A stretch of 64,000 bases of DNA, from the IMG/VR virus record IMGVR_UViG_3300027751_001020, positions 26,067 to 90,066 of that record. One strand, given 5' to 3'. Positions 55,924-63,993 of the stretch are shown here, one piece after another. Positions within the stretch are counted from its first letter, which is position 1. The number at the start of each line of letters is the position of its first letter. Source of the stretch: a virus. The position numbers and the translations under genes were made by a program. The notes below the pieces were generated by a model. That model did no database searches and was not told the origin of the DNA. It worked only from the letters and a program-made list of their open reading frames with translations.

Positions 55924-57639
55924 ATGAGTATAGTAGTAGATACTTCCTCTTGGGAAGCAGGTAAAGATTATCCGGAATGGATGAATGAAGTTTCAATCGC
56001 AACAGTATCTAAAGGGTACCTATTACCAGGAGAAACACCAAAATTAGCATATAAAAGAGTTGCTTCAACAGTAGCCAAGAGATTAGACAGACCAGACTTA
56101 GAGAGTAAATTCTTCCGTTATATGTGGAAGGGTTGGTTGAACTTAGCTTCACCGGTACTTTCTAATACCGGTACAGATAAAGGATTACCAATCTCTTGTT
56201 TCGGTATAGACACCCCTGATTCTATTAGAGGTATTGGATTAACTAATGCCGAACTCATGAGATTGACATCCCTTGGAGGAGGAGTAGGAATTGGACTTTC
56301 AAGAGTAAGAGGAAGAGGAGGAAAAATTGGTAAAGATGATATGGGTCAATCTGAAGGGATTGTGCCTTGGGCAAAAATTTATGATTCTACTATTATTGCT
56401 ACCAATCAAGGAGCAGTAAGAAGAGGAGCAGCATCTGTAAACCTAGATATTAATCACCCAGACATTAAAGAGTTCCTACAGATTAGAAGACCTAAAGGAG
56501 ACCCTAATAGACAGTGTCTAAACCTACATCAGTGTGTTGTAGTGGATGATAACTTTATGGAGAAACTCGACAGGAGAGTACCGGAGGCTATGGAGACATG
56601 GGTGGAAATACTTAAGTCAAGAGTTGAAACAGGAGAACCTTATATTATGTTTAAGGATAACGTTAATAACGCAAATCCTCCTGCTTATACAAGAAACAAC
56701 CTAGATGTAACAATGACCAATATCTGTTCAGAGATTACACTACACACAGATGAGGAACATTCATTTATTTGCTGTCTATCTTCAGTAAACCTTACTAAAT
56801 ACCACGAGTGGAAAAACTCGGATTTAATTGAAACTTCAATTTATTTCTTAGATGGTGTAATGGAAGAGTTTTTAGTAAAAACTAACGGTAAAGAATCTTT
56901 GGTTAGATCACACAGATCAGCTAAAAAAGGTAGAGCGATTGGACTAGGGGTACTAGGATGGCATACATTTTTACAAAACGAAAGAATCCCTTTTAACTCT
57001 ATTGCAGCTACATCTTATACACACCAGATTTTCTCTAAAATTAAAAATGAAGCAGAGGCAGCTTCAAGAAAATTAGCAGAAGAGTACGGGGAACCGCTAT
57101 GGTGTAAAGGAACTGGTATGAGAAATACACACCTACTTGCTATTGCACCAACAGTATCTAATAGTACGATTTCAGGAGGAGTATCAGCAGGTATTGAACC
57201 AATCCCGGCTAACGTTTATACTTTTAACTCGGCAAAAGGTACTTTTATTAGAAAGAACCCGGCCCTAGAGTCATACTTAGAGGATAAAGGACATAACACA
57301 GATGAGGTTTGGGATCAAATTATGAAAGATAGAGGATCTGTAGCAAACCTACCAGAAGATATCATGCCAGTAGATGATAAAGAGATATTCTTAACATTTG
57401 CCGAAATAAACCAACTTGCTCTAGTAGAACAAGCTTCTGTTAGGCAGAAATATATTGATCAAACACAATCTCTAAACTTAGCGTTCGATCCAACAGATAG
57501 CCCTAAATTTATCAACTTAGTTCACCAAACTGCTTGGAAATTAGGAATAAAAACACTATATTACCTAAGAACAGATTCAGTTATAAACGGAGATATAGGT
57601 TCAAGAACTTCAGAAGACTGTTTATCCTGTGACGGATAA
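55924..57639 (+). CDS. nrdA: Class I ribonucleotide reductase alpha subunit (short, no obvious ATP-cone)
   Basis: SPVLSN, ISCF, TNICSEI, ICCLSS, RAIGLG, AIAPT, KTLYYLR, C-terminal CLSCDG. Confidence 0.96.
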   Translation: MSIVVDTSSWEAGKDYPEWMNEVSIATVSKGYLLPGETPKLAYKRVASTVAKRLDRPDLESKFFRYMWKGWLNLASPVLSNTGTDKGLPISCFGIDTPDSIRGIGLTNAELMRLTSLGGGVGIGLSRVRGRGGKIGKDDMGQSEGIVPWAKIYDSTIIATNQGAVRRGAASVNLDINHPDIKEFLQIRRPKGDPNRQCLNLHQCVVVDDNFMEKLDRRVPEAMETWVEILKSRVETGEPYIMFKDNVNNANPPAYTRNNLDVTMTNICSEITLHTDEEHSFICCLSSVNLTKYHEWKNSDLIETSIYFLDGVMEEFLVKTNGKESLVRSHRSAKKGRAIGLGVLGWHTFLQNERIPFNSIAATSYTHQIFSKIKNEAEAASRKLAEEYGEPLWCKGTGMRNTHLLAIAPTVSNSTISGGVSAGIEPIPANVYTFNSAKGTFIRKNPALESYLEDKGHNTDEVWDQIMKDRGSVANLPEDIMPVDDKEIFLTFAEINQLALVEQASVRQKYIDQTQSLNLAFDPTDSPKFINLVHQTAWKLGIKTLYYLRTDSVINGDIGSRTSEDCLSCDG

Positions 57640-57654
57640 AAAAGTTGAAATGTT

Positions 57655-59157
57655 ATGAATAAATTAGAAGAAATTTTTAAAGCTTGGAATATTGCCTTTA
57701 ATCCAGATAATAAACAATCTGAATTAGCATCCCAAAGAATAAAAATTTGCAATGCCTGTGAGCATAAGAAAACAGATTTAGGTATTAACAGATGTGGAGT
57801 ATGTGGATGTGCACTTAAAGGTAAAGTTTTTTCTCCTGTTATTGGAGCCTGCCCAGAAGGTAAGTGGGATAAAATAGATAAAGAAATTATGCAAAAAGAA
57901 GATCCAATTACAGCAGAAGATACAATATTTGTACAAATAGCATCTTATAGAGATCCACAATTAGTTCCAACGTTGAATGATCTATTTGAGAAAGCAGATT
58001 TTCCTGATAATTTAAGAGTAACGGTAGTTTGGCAAACTTCCAAAGAAGACCAGTGGGATAATTTAGACCAATACAAAGATGATAGTAGGGTTAATGTAGT
58101 AGAGGTCCCATATCAAGAGTCTAAAGGGGCTTGTTGGGCAAGAAATTTAATACAGCAACACTACAAAGGAGAGAAGTATACTTTTCAACTAGACTCCCAT
58201 CATAGATTTATTGAAGGGTGGGATAGTATCTTAATTAATATGTTGAGGTCTCTACAACAAGAAGGGTTCAAAAAACCACTTCTTACAAGTTACATATCTT
58301 CTTTTGACCCCGATAATGACCCAGAAGGAAGAGTACAAGTTCCCTGGAAAATGGACTTCGATAGGTTTACCCCAGAAGGAGTTGTGTTCTTTCTACCTTC
58401 GACTATAGAAAATCACCAATATCTATCTAAACCAATAAGCGCTAGATTTTACTCTGCTCACTTTGCTTTTACAGTTGGGGAATTCGCTAAAGAAGTACAG
58501 CACGATCCAGAATTCTATTTTCATGGAGAAGAAATTAGCATAGCAGTAAGAGCGTATACACATGGGTATGATTTATTTCACCCTCACAAGGTAGTAGCAT
58601 GGCATGAATATACTAGAAAAGGCCGGACTAAACACTGGGATGATAGCAAAACATGGTCACAGACTAATACGTATACACACAAAAGGGTAAGACAGTTATT
58701 AGGTACCGATGGGGAAGAAATGACTAATGATTTTGGAATATATGGATTAGGTACTGAACGTTCGTTAAGTGATTATCAAAGATACGCTGGTATCAGATTT
58801 AGAGATAGAGGAGTGCAGAAATACACTACCGGAAACTTTCTTGCCCCTAACCCTCCAGTAGACGATTATGAAAATTCATTCTTTAGTATATTTAAACATT
58901 GTATAAATGTACATAGAAATTCTTTACCGGAGACAGATTACGATTTACTGGTAGTAGCTTTCTTAGATGAGAATGGAGCTGATCTTTATAGAAAAGACGC
59001 AGAAAAAACAGAAATGGATCGTATTTTTAGCGCTGATGGTGAATGGTTAAATATTTGGAGAGAATACACCGGACCACTTCCTCATAAATGGTTAGTATGG
59101 CCACATTCGGTTTCTAAAGGTTGGTGTGATAGAATAGAAGGTAATTTAGGTAACTAA
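57655..59157 (+). CDS. Cys-rich N-terminal domain fused to a GT60-like (PF11397 GlcNAc) glycosyltransferase
   Basis: CNAC...CGVCGC...CPEGKW; IFVQIASYRD, GACWAR, QLDSHHRF..GWD, FHGEE..AVRAYTHGYDLFHP. Confidence 0.85.
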   Translation: MNKLEEIFKAWNIAFNPDNKQSELASQRIKICNACEHKKTDLGINRCGVCGCALKGKVFSPVIGACPEGKWDKIDKEIMQKEDPITAEDTIFVQIASYRDPQLVPTLNDLFEKADFPDNLRVTVVWQTSKEDQWDNLDQYKDDSRVNVVEVPYQESKGACWARNLIQQHYKGEKYTFQLDSHHRFIEGWDSILINMLRSLQQEGFKKPLLTSYISSFDPDNDPEGRVQVPWKMDFDRFTPEGVVFFLPSTIENHQYLSKPISARFYSAHFAFTVGEFAKEVQHDPEFYFHGEEISIAVRAYTHGYDLFHPHKVVAWHEYTRKGRTKHWDDSKTWSQTNTYTHKRVRQLLGTDGEEMTNDFGIYGLGTERSLSDYQRYAGIRFRDRGVQKYTTGNFLAPNPPVDDYENSFFSIFKHCINVHRNSLPETDYDLLVVAFLDENGADLYRKDAEKTEMDRIFSADGEWLNIWREYTGPLPHKWLVWPHSVSKGWCDRIEGNLGN

Positions 59158-59158
59158 C

Positions 59159-60070
59159 ATGAATACACTTGTAACTGCAATTTATAACCACAGCCCTCAT
59201 TCAAGAATAGGTGGAAGAGGTTATAGATGGGAAGATTATGTCGCCCCGTTTGAAAACCTACTACATTTAGGTTGTAATATTGTAGTCTATACTCAAGACG
59301 ACCTAGTACAGGTTATTCAAGATTACTTTACCAAAAAAGCGTTCTTTAATTACAAAGTAATACCCTATAATCTCAACAACTATAAACACTCAGACAGTAT
59401 ATATAAACTTAAGGAGCTTTATAACATAATTGATAAAAACGGATTAGCTGAAGGTCGTTCAATTGTGGATAATGATAGAAATTACCATTTATGTTTATCC
59501 AAAACATACTTTGTTTCTGAGGTTATAAAAAATAACTACTTCGAATCAGAAAGGTACTATTGGATAGATGGAGGTCTATTTCATCATGGTCTATTTCCGG
59601 AAAGTTTAGGAGGGATAGAAAGAAGAACAGTACCTAATCCTGACAACTATTGGCCACAGAATAAAAAAAGTTTATGTAACCCCTTATTTTTTGAAAAACT
59701 CAATACAAAAGTAAAAGATAAACTACTGTTTATAGGAATAGACAGTTACTACAGCCGTCATTTTTCACTAATTAAGAGTAATTTAGCTGGCCCTGATAAA
59801 ATTACCCATGTAGTAGGAGGATTGTTTGGAGGAGATAAAAATAAAGTCTTAGAACTATGTGAAAAGTTTGATGATAAAATTTCACAAGTTATTTCAGCAA
59901 AAATACTCACACTAGAGGAAGAGATACTATCTATAGTATATGAAGAAAACTTCTTAGACCAAGATTATATTAAATTCTCAGACTGGGGTCATGATATACC
60001 TACCGAACGAAACTATTTAGGGGTCCAACCAGGATCAAATTCTTTCTACAAAATTTTTAAAGATGAGTAA
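59159..60070 (+). CDS. HtrL/YibB-like putative glycosyltransferase
   Basis: TLVTAIY, SK..FV, YYWIDGG, VGGLFGG, TLEEEIL. Confidence 0.7.
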   Translation: MNTLVTAIYNHSPHSRIGGRGYRWEDYVAPFENLLHLGCNIVVYTQDDLVQVIQDYFTKKAFFNYKVIPYNLNNYKHSDSIYKLKELYNIIDKNGLAEGRSIVDNDRNYHLCLSKTYFVSEVIKNNYFESERYYWIDGGLFHHGLFPESLGGIERRTVPNPDNYWPQNKKSLCNPLFFEKLNTKVKDKLLFIGIDSYYSRHFSLIKSNLAGPDKITHVVGGLFGGDKNKVLELCEKFDDKISQVISAKILTLEEEILSIVYEENFLDQDYIKFSDWGHDIPTERNYLGVQPGSNSFYKIFKDE

Positions 60071-61706
60071 AGTTACTTTAGTTACCGGATTATGGGATAT
60101 CAGTAGATCCGAATTATCAGAAGGTTGGGGAAGATCGTTTGAAGACCACTATATACCTAAGTTTAAAGAACTTTTAGAGGTACCGCATAACTTAATAATA
60201 TTCGGTGAAGAGTCTTTGAGAGAAACGGTGTTTAGTATTAGATCTAAAGAAAATACACAGTTTATCGTAAGAGATAAGACTTGGTTTAATAACGAATTTT
60301 TTAATAAAATTCAAGAAATAAGAAAAAACCCGGATTGGTACAATTTAGCTGGATGGTTAAAAGAATCTACACAAGCTAGTTTAGAGTACTATAATCCGTT
60401 AGTAATGTCCAAAATGTTCTTACTCAATGACGCAAGAATAATGGATACTTTTGATTCAGATCAAATGTACTGGATTGATGCCGGACTAACAAACACTGTT
60501 CATAAAGGGTACTTTACATCGGACTTAGTTATAGATAAAATTAGTAAACAAGTTACTAACTTTAATTTTGTTTGTTTCCCCTACCAAGCTGAAAATGAAA
60601 TACATGGTTTTAAATTTAAAGAATTATGTAATTTAGCTGGTAAAAAAGTAGAATTAGTAGCTAGAGGTGGATTTTTTGGAGGACCAAAAGACTCTATAGA
60701 ACAAACAGTAAATATATACTATTCCCTACTTAGTGAAACTTTAGGAAATAGTTTAATGGGAACAGAAGAATCTCTATTTTCCATAATGGTATATAAATAC
60801 CCAGATTTATTTTCATATAGTAAAATAGAATCCAATGGGTTGATGAGTTACTTCTTTGAAAAAGTCAAAAATAGTAAAGTTATATTTGAGAACGTTAGAG
60901 GAAAAGCTCCGGTTGATTACAAAAGGGTTGGATTATATGTCATAACTTACAATTCACCTACTCAATTTGAAACTCTTTGTAAATCTTTTGAACAATACGA
61001 TCAACATTACCTGGACTTACCTAAAAAAGTACTCCTTAACAACTCTATAGATAGAACTACAGATATAAAGTATAAGGAGCTATGTGAAAAGTACGGATTT
61101 GAGGAAATAAAAAAAGACAACATAGGGATATGCGGCGGCCGTCAATTTGTAGCTGAACATTTTGACCAAGACACTACTACAGATTACTGTTTATTTTTTG
61201 AAGACGATATGTTCTTTTATAACGGTCAAGATGAAAGTTGTAGAAATGGTTTTTTAAGGAAAGTATCCGGTCTATATAAAAAATCTTTAGAGATAGCCCA
61301 TAAAGAAGATTTTGATTACCTTAAGATGAACTTTACTGAATTCTACGGAGATAATACCCGTCAATGGAGCTGGTATAATGTACCGCAACATGTTAAAGAT
61401 GAATTATTTTCAGACAGTAAAACAGAAGCCCCATTCTTAAAATTTAAAAACATAAAATCCTATAGAGGGCTACCTTACGCTACCGGTGATATCTACTATT
61501 GTAACTGGCCTCAAATAGTTTCTAAAAAAGGAAATAAAAAAATGTTTTTGAATACTAAATGGGACCACCCATACGAACAGACCTGGATGTCACATATATA
61601 CCAAGAGACAGTCAAGGAAAATATAGAAACAGGTATACTATTGTTAACACCTACTGAACATGATAGGTTTGAATTCTACCCAAAAGAAGAAAGACGGGAA
61701 AATTAA
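60063..61706 (+). CDS. HtrL/YibB-like domain fused to a GT2-like domain
   Basis: TLVTGLWDI.R, SKMFLL, YWIDAG, RGGFFGG, GTEESL; C-terminal YVITYN...GICGGR...FFEDDM. Confidence 0.75.
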   Translation: MSKVTLVTGLWDISRSELSEGWGRSFEDHYIPKFKELLEVPHNLIIFGEESLRETVFSIRSKENTQFIVRDKTWFNNEFFNKIQEIRKNPDWYNLAGWLKESTQASLEYYNPLVMSKMFLLNDARIMDTFDSDQMYWIDAGLTNTVHKGYFTSDLVIDKISKQVTNFNFVCFPYQAENEIHGFKFKELCNLAGKKVELVARGGFFGGPKDSIEQTVNIYYSLLSETLGNSLMGTEESLFSIMVYKYPDLFSYSKIESNGLMSYFFEKVKNSKVIFENVRGKAPVDYKRVGLYVITYNSPTQFETLCKSFEQYDQHYLDLPKKVLLNNSIDRTTDIKYKELCEKYGFEEIKKDNIGICGGRQFVAEHFDQDTTTDYCLFFEDDMFFYNGQDESCRNGFLRKVSGLYKKSLEIAHKEDFDYLKMNFTEFYGDNTRQWSWYNVPQHVKDELFSDSKTEAPFLKFKNIKSYRGLPYATGDIYYCNWPQIVSKKGNKKMFLNTKWDHPYEQTWMSHIYQETVKENIETGILLLTPTEHDRFEFYPKEERREN

Positions 61707-61748
61707 CCCTATTTATATTAAATAAGTTTTATACCAATCGTTTTTTAA

Positions 61749-61756
61749 TATTTATA
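61749..61756 (+). promoter_or_regulatory. TATTTATA motif (another copy at 61710-61717)
   Basis: 19 nt before a small hydrophobic ORF. Confidence 0.45.
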
Positions 61757-61775
61757 CGCAAAACGTTTCTACAAT

Positions 61776-61832
61776 ATGAAATTTATATTATTTATAGTAG
61801 GTTTTATAGTTACTATGTCAGCTATTGGGTAG
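61776..61832 (+). CDS. Candidate 18-aa hydrophobic peptide MKFILFIVGFIVTMSAIG
   Basis: Promoter motif upstream and terminator hairpin overlapping the stop. Confidence 0.4.
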   Translation: MKFILFIVGFIVTMSAIG

Positions 61833-61856
61833 GTAAATTACCGCCCAAATTTTTTT
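61825..61856 (+). terminator. Terminator-like hairpin
   Basis: TTGGGT-A-GGT-AAATT-ACC-GCCCAA followed by a T7 run. Confidence 0.6.
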
Positions 61857-62005
61857 CATCACCGATGTACGGAGATAAAACCCACTTCTCCGGTACCGTA
61901 GTCCCTTATAGGTTTTTCCAATTTTACCCCCTTTGTAGTTTATATTTCAAAAATAAGTTCATATATTAAGTTATATGTTATGTAGTATGAATTAACGAAT
62001 AAATT

Positions 62006-62191
62006 ATGAATGAACAAACATGTAATTTACCTGAAGTAGAACAATTAAAAACATTACTAAAAGAAGAAAAGAATATAGTCTGGTACATGAGATGCCCAAT
62101 CGTAGAAGGATCACCAGCAGCCAAAAGATACTTAAAACAACAGATTAAAAAATTTAGATCAAAACAAAAAGAAAAATATGGAGGATTGTAG
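62006..62191 (+). CDS. Small basic hypothetical protein
   Basis: ORF track; follows an AT-rich promoter-like region. Confidence 0.5.
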   Translation: MNEQTCNLPEVEQLKTLLKEEKNIVWYMRCPIVEGSPAAKRYLKQQIKKFRSKQKEKYGGL

Positions 62192-62224
62192 TTGGAATAA
62201 CGAAAGATTCTTCTTATATTTATA
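62192..62224 (+). promoter_or_regulatory. Promoter TTG-N20-TATATTTA overlapping TATTTATA
   Basis: GTTGGAATAACGAAAGATTCTTCTTATATTTATA. Confidence 0.6.
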
Positions 62225-62242
62225 GAAATAAAACAGTTATAT

Positions 62243-62389
62243 ATGTCAAAAACATCAGCAAAACAACGCTACACTCAGTTAATGGAATGGTTACCTACAG
62301 TTAAACAAGGTAAAGCATCAACACCAGGATCTAAAGCTCCTGCACGTACTTTTTCAAAAGCAGACACTTATAATAGAGACAAAAGATAA
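62243..62389 (+). CDS. Unannotated 48-aa basic protein MSKTSAKQRYTQLMEWL...
   Basis: Directly after a promoter; TAATG-coupled to thioredoxin. Confidence 0.65.
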   Translation: MSKTSAKQRYTQLMEWLPTVKQGKASTPGSKAPARTFSKADTYNRDKR

Positions 62390-62649
62390 TGAAAAAAATA
62401 ATTAAATTTTATGCCGATTGGTGCGGTCCTTGTAAGGTATACGGGAAGTCTTGGGATAAGGTAGCAAAAAAGTATGACGGTCAAGTAGAATTTGTTAGTA
62501 TAAACATTGAAGAAGATACTACAGGCTTAGCTGCACAATACAAAGTAAAGAGTATCCCACATACGGTCCTAATTAAAGAAGACGGAACCGAAGTTACAAA
62601 AAGTGGTAGAATATCACAAGAAGAGTTAGAAGAATTAGTTTTATCTTAA
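62389..62649 (+). CDS. trxA: Thioredoxin
   Basis: FYADWCGPC active site; V.SIP. Confidence 0.93.
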   Translation: MKKIIKFYADWCGPCKVYGKSWDKVAKKYDGQVEFVSINIEEDTTGLAAQYKVKSIPHTVLIKEDGTEVTKSGRISQEELEELVLS

Positions 62650-62661
62650 AAATCAAAATAA

Positions 62662-62970
62662 ATGTTACGCAAACCAGATTCAATCCCAGCAGGGGATACA
62701 GTTATTACAGACCCAGTAATGGAACCGTTTTTTATCTCTAAATCTCAATCAGGCGGTTATACCGTTTACGAAAGAGTAATTAAAGGTAATAACGATACAG
62801 AGTATATTAAAACAGTATCTTATCCAGCTTCATTTAATGGAGCATTAAAAAGAGTAGCAAATGAAAAACTCAATAATGGTGAAAGTAAAGTATATTCTCT
62901 TAATGAGTATGTCACTCGTTGGGAAAATATTCAAAAAGAAATGTTGTCAATAACTTCAATTGAGTTGTAG
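62662..62970 (+). CDS. Hypothetical protein
   Basis: ORF track; operonic spacing. Confidence 0.65.
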   Translation: MLRKPDSIPAGDTVITDPVMEPFFISKSQSGGYTVYERVIKGNNDTEYIKTVSYPASFNGALKRVANEKLNNGESKVYSLNEYVTRWENIQKEMLSITSIEL

Positions 62971-62972
62971 AC

Positions 62973-63113
62973 ATGTTAGAAACGGTTATGCACGCCTTAG
63001 GAATATGTGGGGATGTTCATCCTAAATTAGTTGACACTATCCCTTTTATTCACTATCTTAATAATTCAGCGTTTGCCTATACGCTTAAGAATACCTGGCA
63101 AAATTTAATATAA
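62973..63113 (+). CDS. Candidate unannotated 46-aa ORF MLETVMHALGICGDVHPKL...
   Basis: ATG 2 nt after the previous stop; its stop is 5 nt before the queC ATG. Confidence 0.45.
   Translation: MLETVMHALGICGDVHPKLVDTIPFIHYLNNSAFAYTLKNTWQNLI
63068..63101 (+). ncRNA. Candidate H-type pseudoknot leader upstream of queC
   Basis: P1 AGCGT/ACGCT; loop TTGCC complementary to downstream GGCAA; A-rich linker. Confidence 0.5.
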
Positions 63114-63118
63114 TTACA

Positions 63119-63913
63119 ATGGCAAAAAATGTTGTAGTATCCTTATCAGGAGGGATGGATTCCTCTACTCTATTATTACGTGCTCTTTCTACGTATGACA
63201 CAGTAACAGCTTTATCTTTTAACTATGGTCAGAAACATAGTGTTGAACTTCAAAGAGCTCAAGCACTTGTTGACTACCTTAAGTCTAAAGGTCAAAATGT
63301 TACTTACCAATTAATTGAACTAAATGGATTAGTTAACCTATTAGACTCAGCTTTAGTATCAGGCGGAGATGATGTACCGGAAGGTCATTATGAGCAAGAT
63401 AATATGAAAGCTACTGTAGTACCTAACCGAAACAAAATCTTTAGCTCTATCACACAAGCTGTAGCTTTATCAGTAGCAAATAGAACTGGTAATAATACAG
63501 ATATTGCTTTAGGTATTCATGCCGGAGATCATGCCGTATATCCAGACTGTAGACAAGAGTTTAGAGATGCAGATGATGAGGCATTTAGACAAGGAAATTG
63601 GGATGCTGATAAGGTTGGGTTTTTTACACCATATTTATTAACTGATAAGTTCGGTATTTTACAAGATGGTTTAATTTTATGTGATCTGTTAGATTTAGAC
63701 TTCGATGAAGTTTACAAAAGAACTAACACCTCATACAAACCTTATCCATCAGGTAACTCAGATTACAAATCAGCATCTTCAGTAGAACGTATTGAAGCGT
63801 TTATTAAACTTGGTCGTAAAGACCCAGTTCAATATGAAGATGAAACTGGCCCAGTAAGCTGGGAAGTAGCTAAGTCTGCAGTTGAGAAGGTATTAGCCGA
63901 TCACGCAGGTTAA
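63119..63913 (+). CDS. queC: 7-cyano-7-deazaguanine (preQ0) synthase QueC
   Basis: SLSGGMDS, FNYGQKH..EL, TVVPNRN, GIHAGD...YPDCR.EF. Confidence 0.95.
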   Translation: MAKNVVVSLSGGMDSSTLLLRALSTYDTVTALSFNYGQKHSVELQRAQALVDYLKSKGQNVTYQLIELNGLVNLLDSALVSGGDDVPEGHYEQDNMKATVVPNRNKIFSSITQAVALSVANRTGNNTDIALGIHAGDHAVYPDCRQEFRDADDEAFRQGNWDADKVGFFTPYLLTDKFGILQDGLILCDLLDLDFDEVYKRTNTSYKPYPSGNSDYKSASSVERIEAFIKLGRKDPVQYEDETGPVSWEVAKSAVEKVLADHAG

Positions 63914-63920
63914 AAGGATT

Positions 63921-63993
63921 GCCTCCGTAGCTCAGTTGGTAGAGCAGCTGATTTGTAATCAGCAGGTCATCGGTTCGAATCCGGTTGGAGGCT
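63921..63993 (+). tRNA. tRNA-Thr(TGT), CCA not encoded
   Basis: Acceptor GCCTCCG/TGGAGGC, D-arm GCTC..GAGC, anticodon arm GCTGA-TT-TGT-AA-TCAGC, T-loop TTCGAAT. Confidence 0.97.

Noticed and set aside
53482-57639. Inteins, group I introns or homing endonucleases in helicase/RNR
   Set aside because: All motifs are contiguous and lengths are normal or short; no LAGLIDADG, HNH or GIY-YIG signatures noticed.
410-62224. TATTTATA read as minus-strand T4 late promoters (TATAAATA)
   Set aside because: No minus-strand genes exist; the motif sits at consistent short distances upstream of plus-strand starts.
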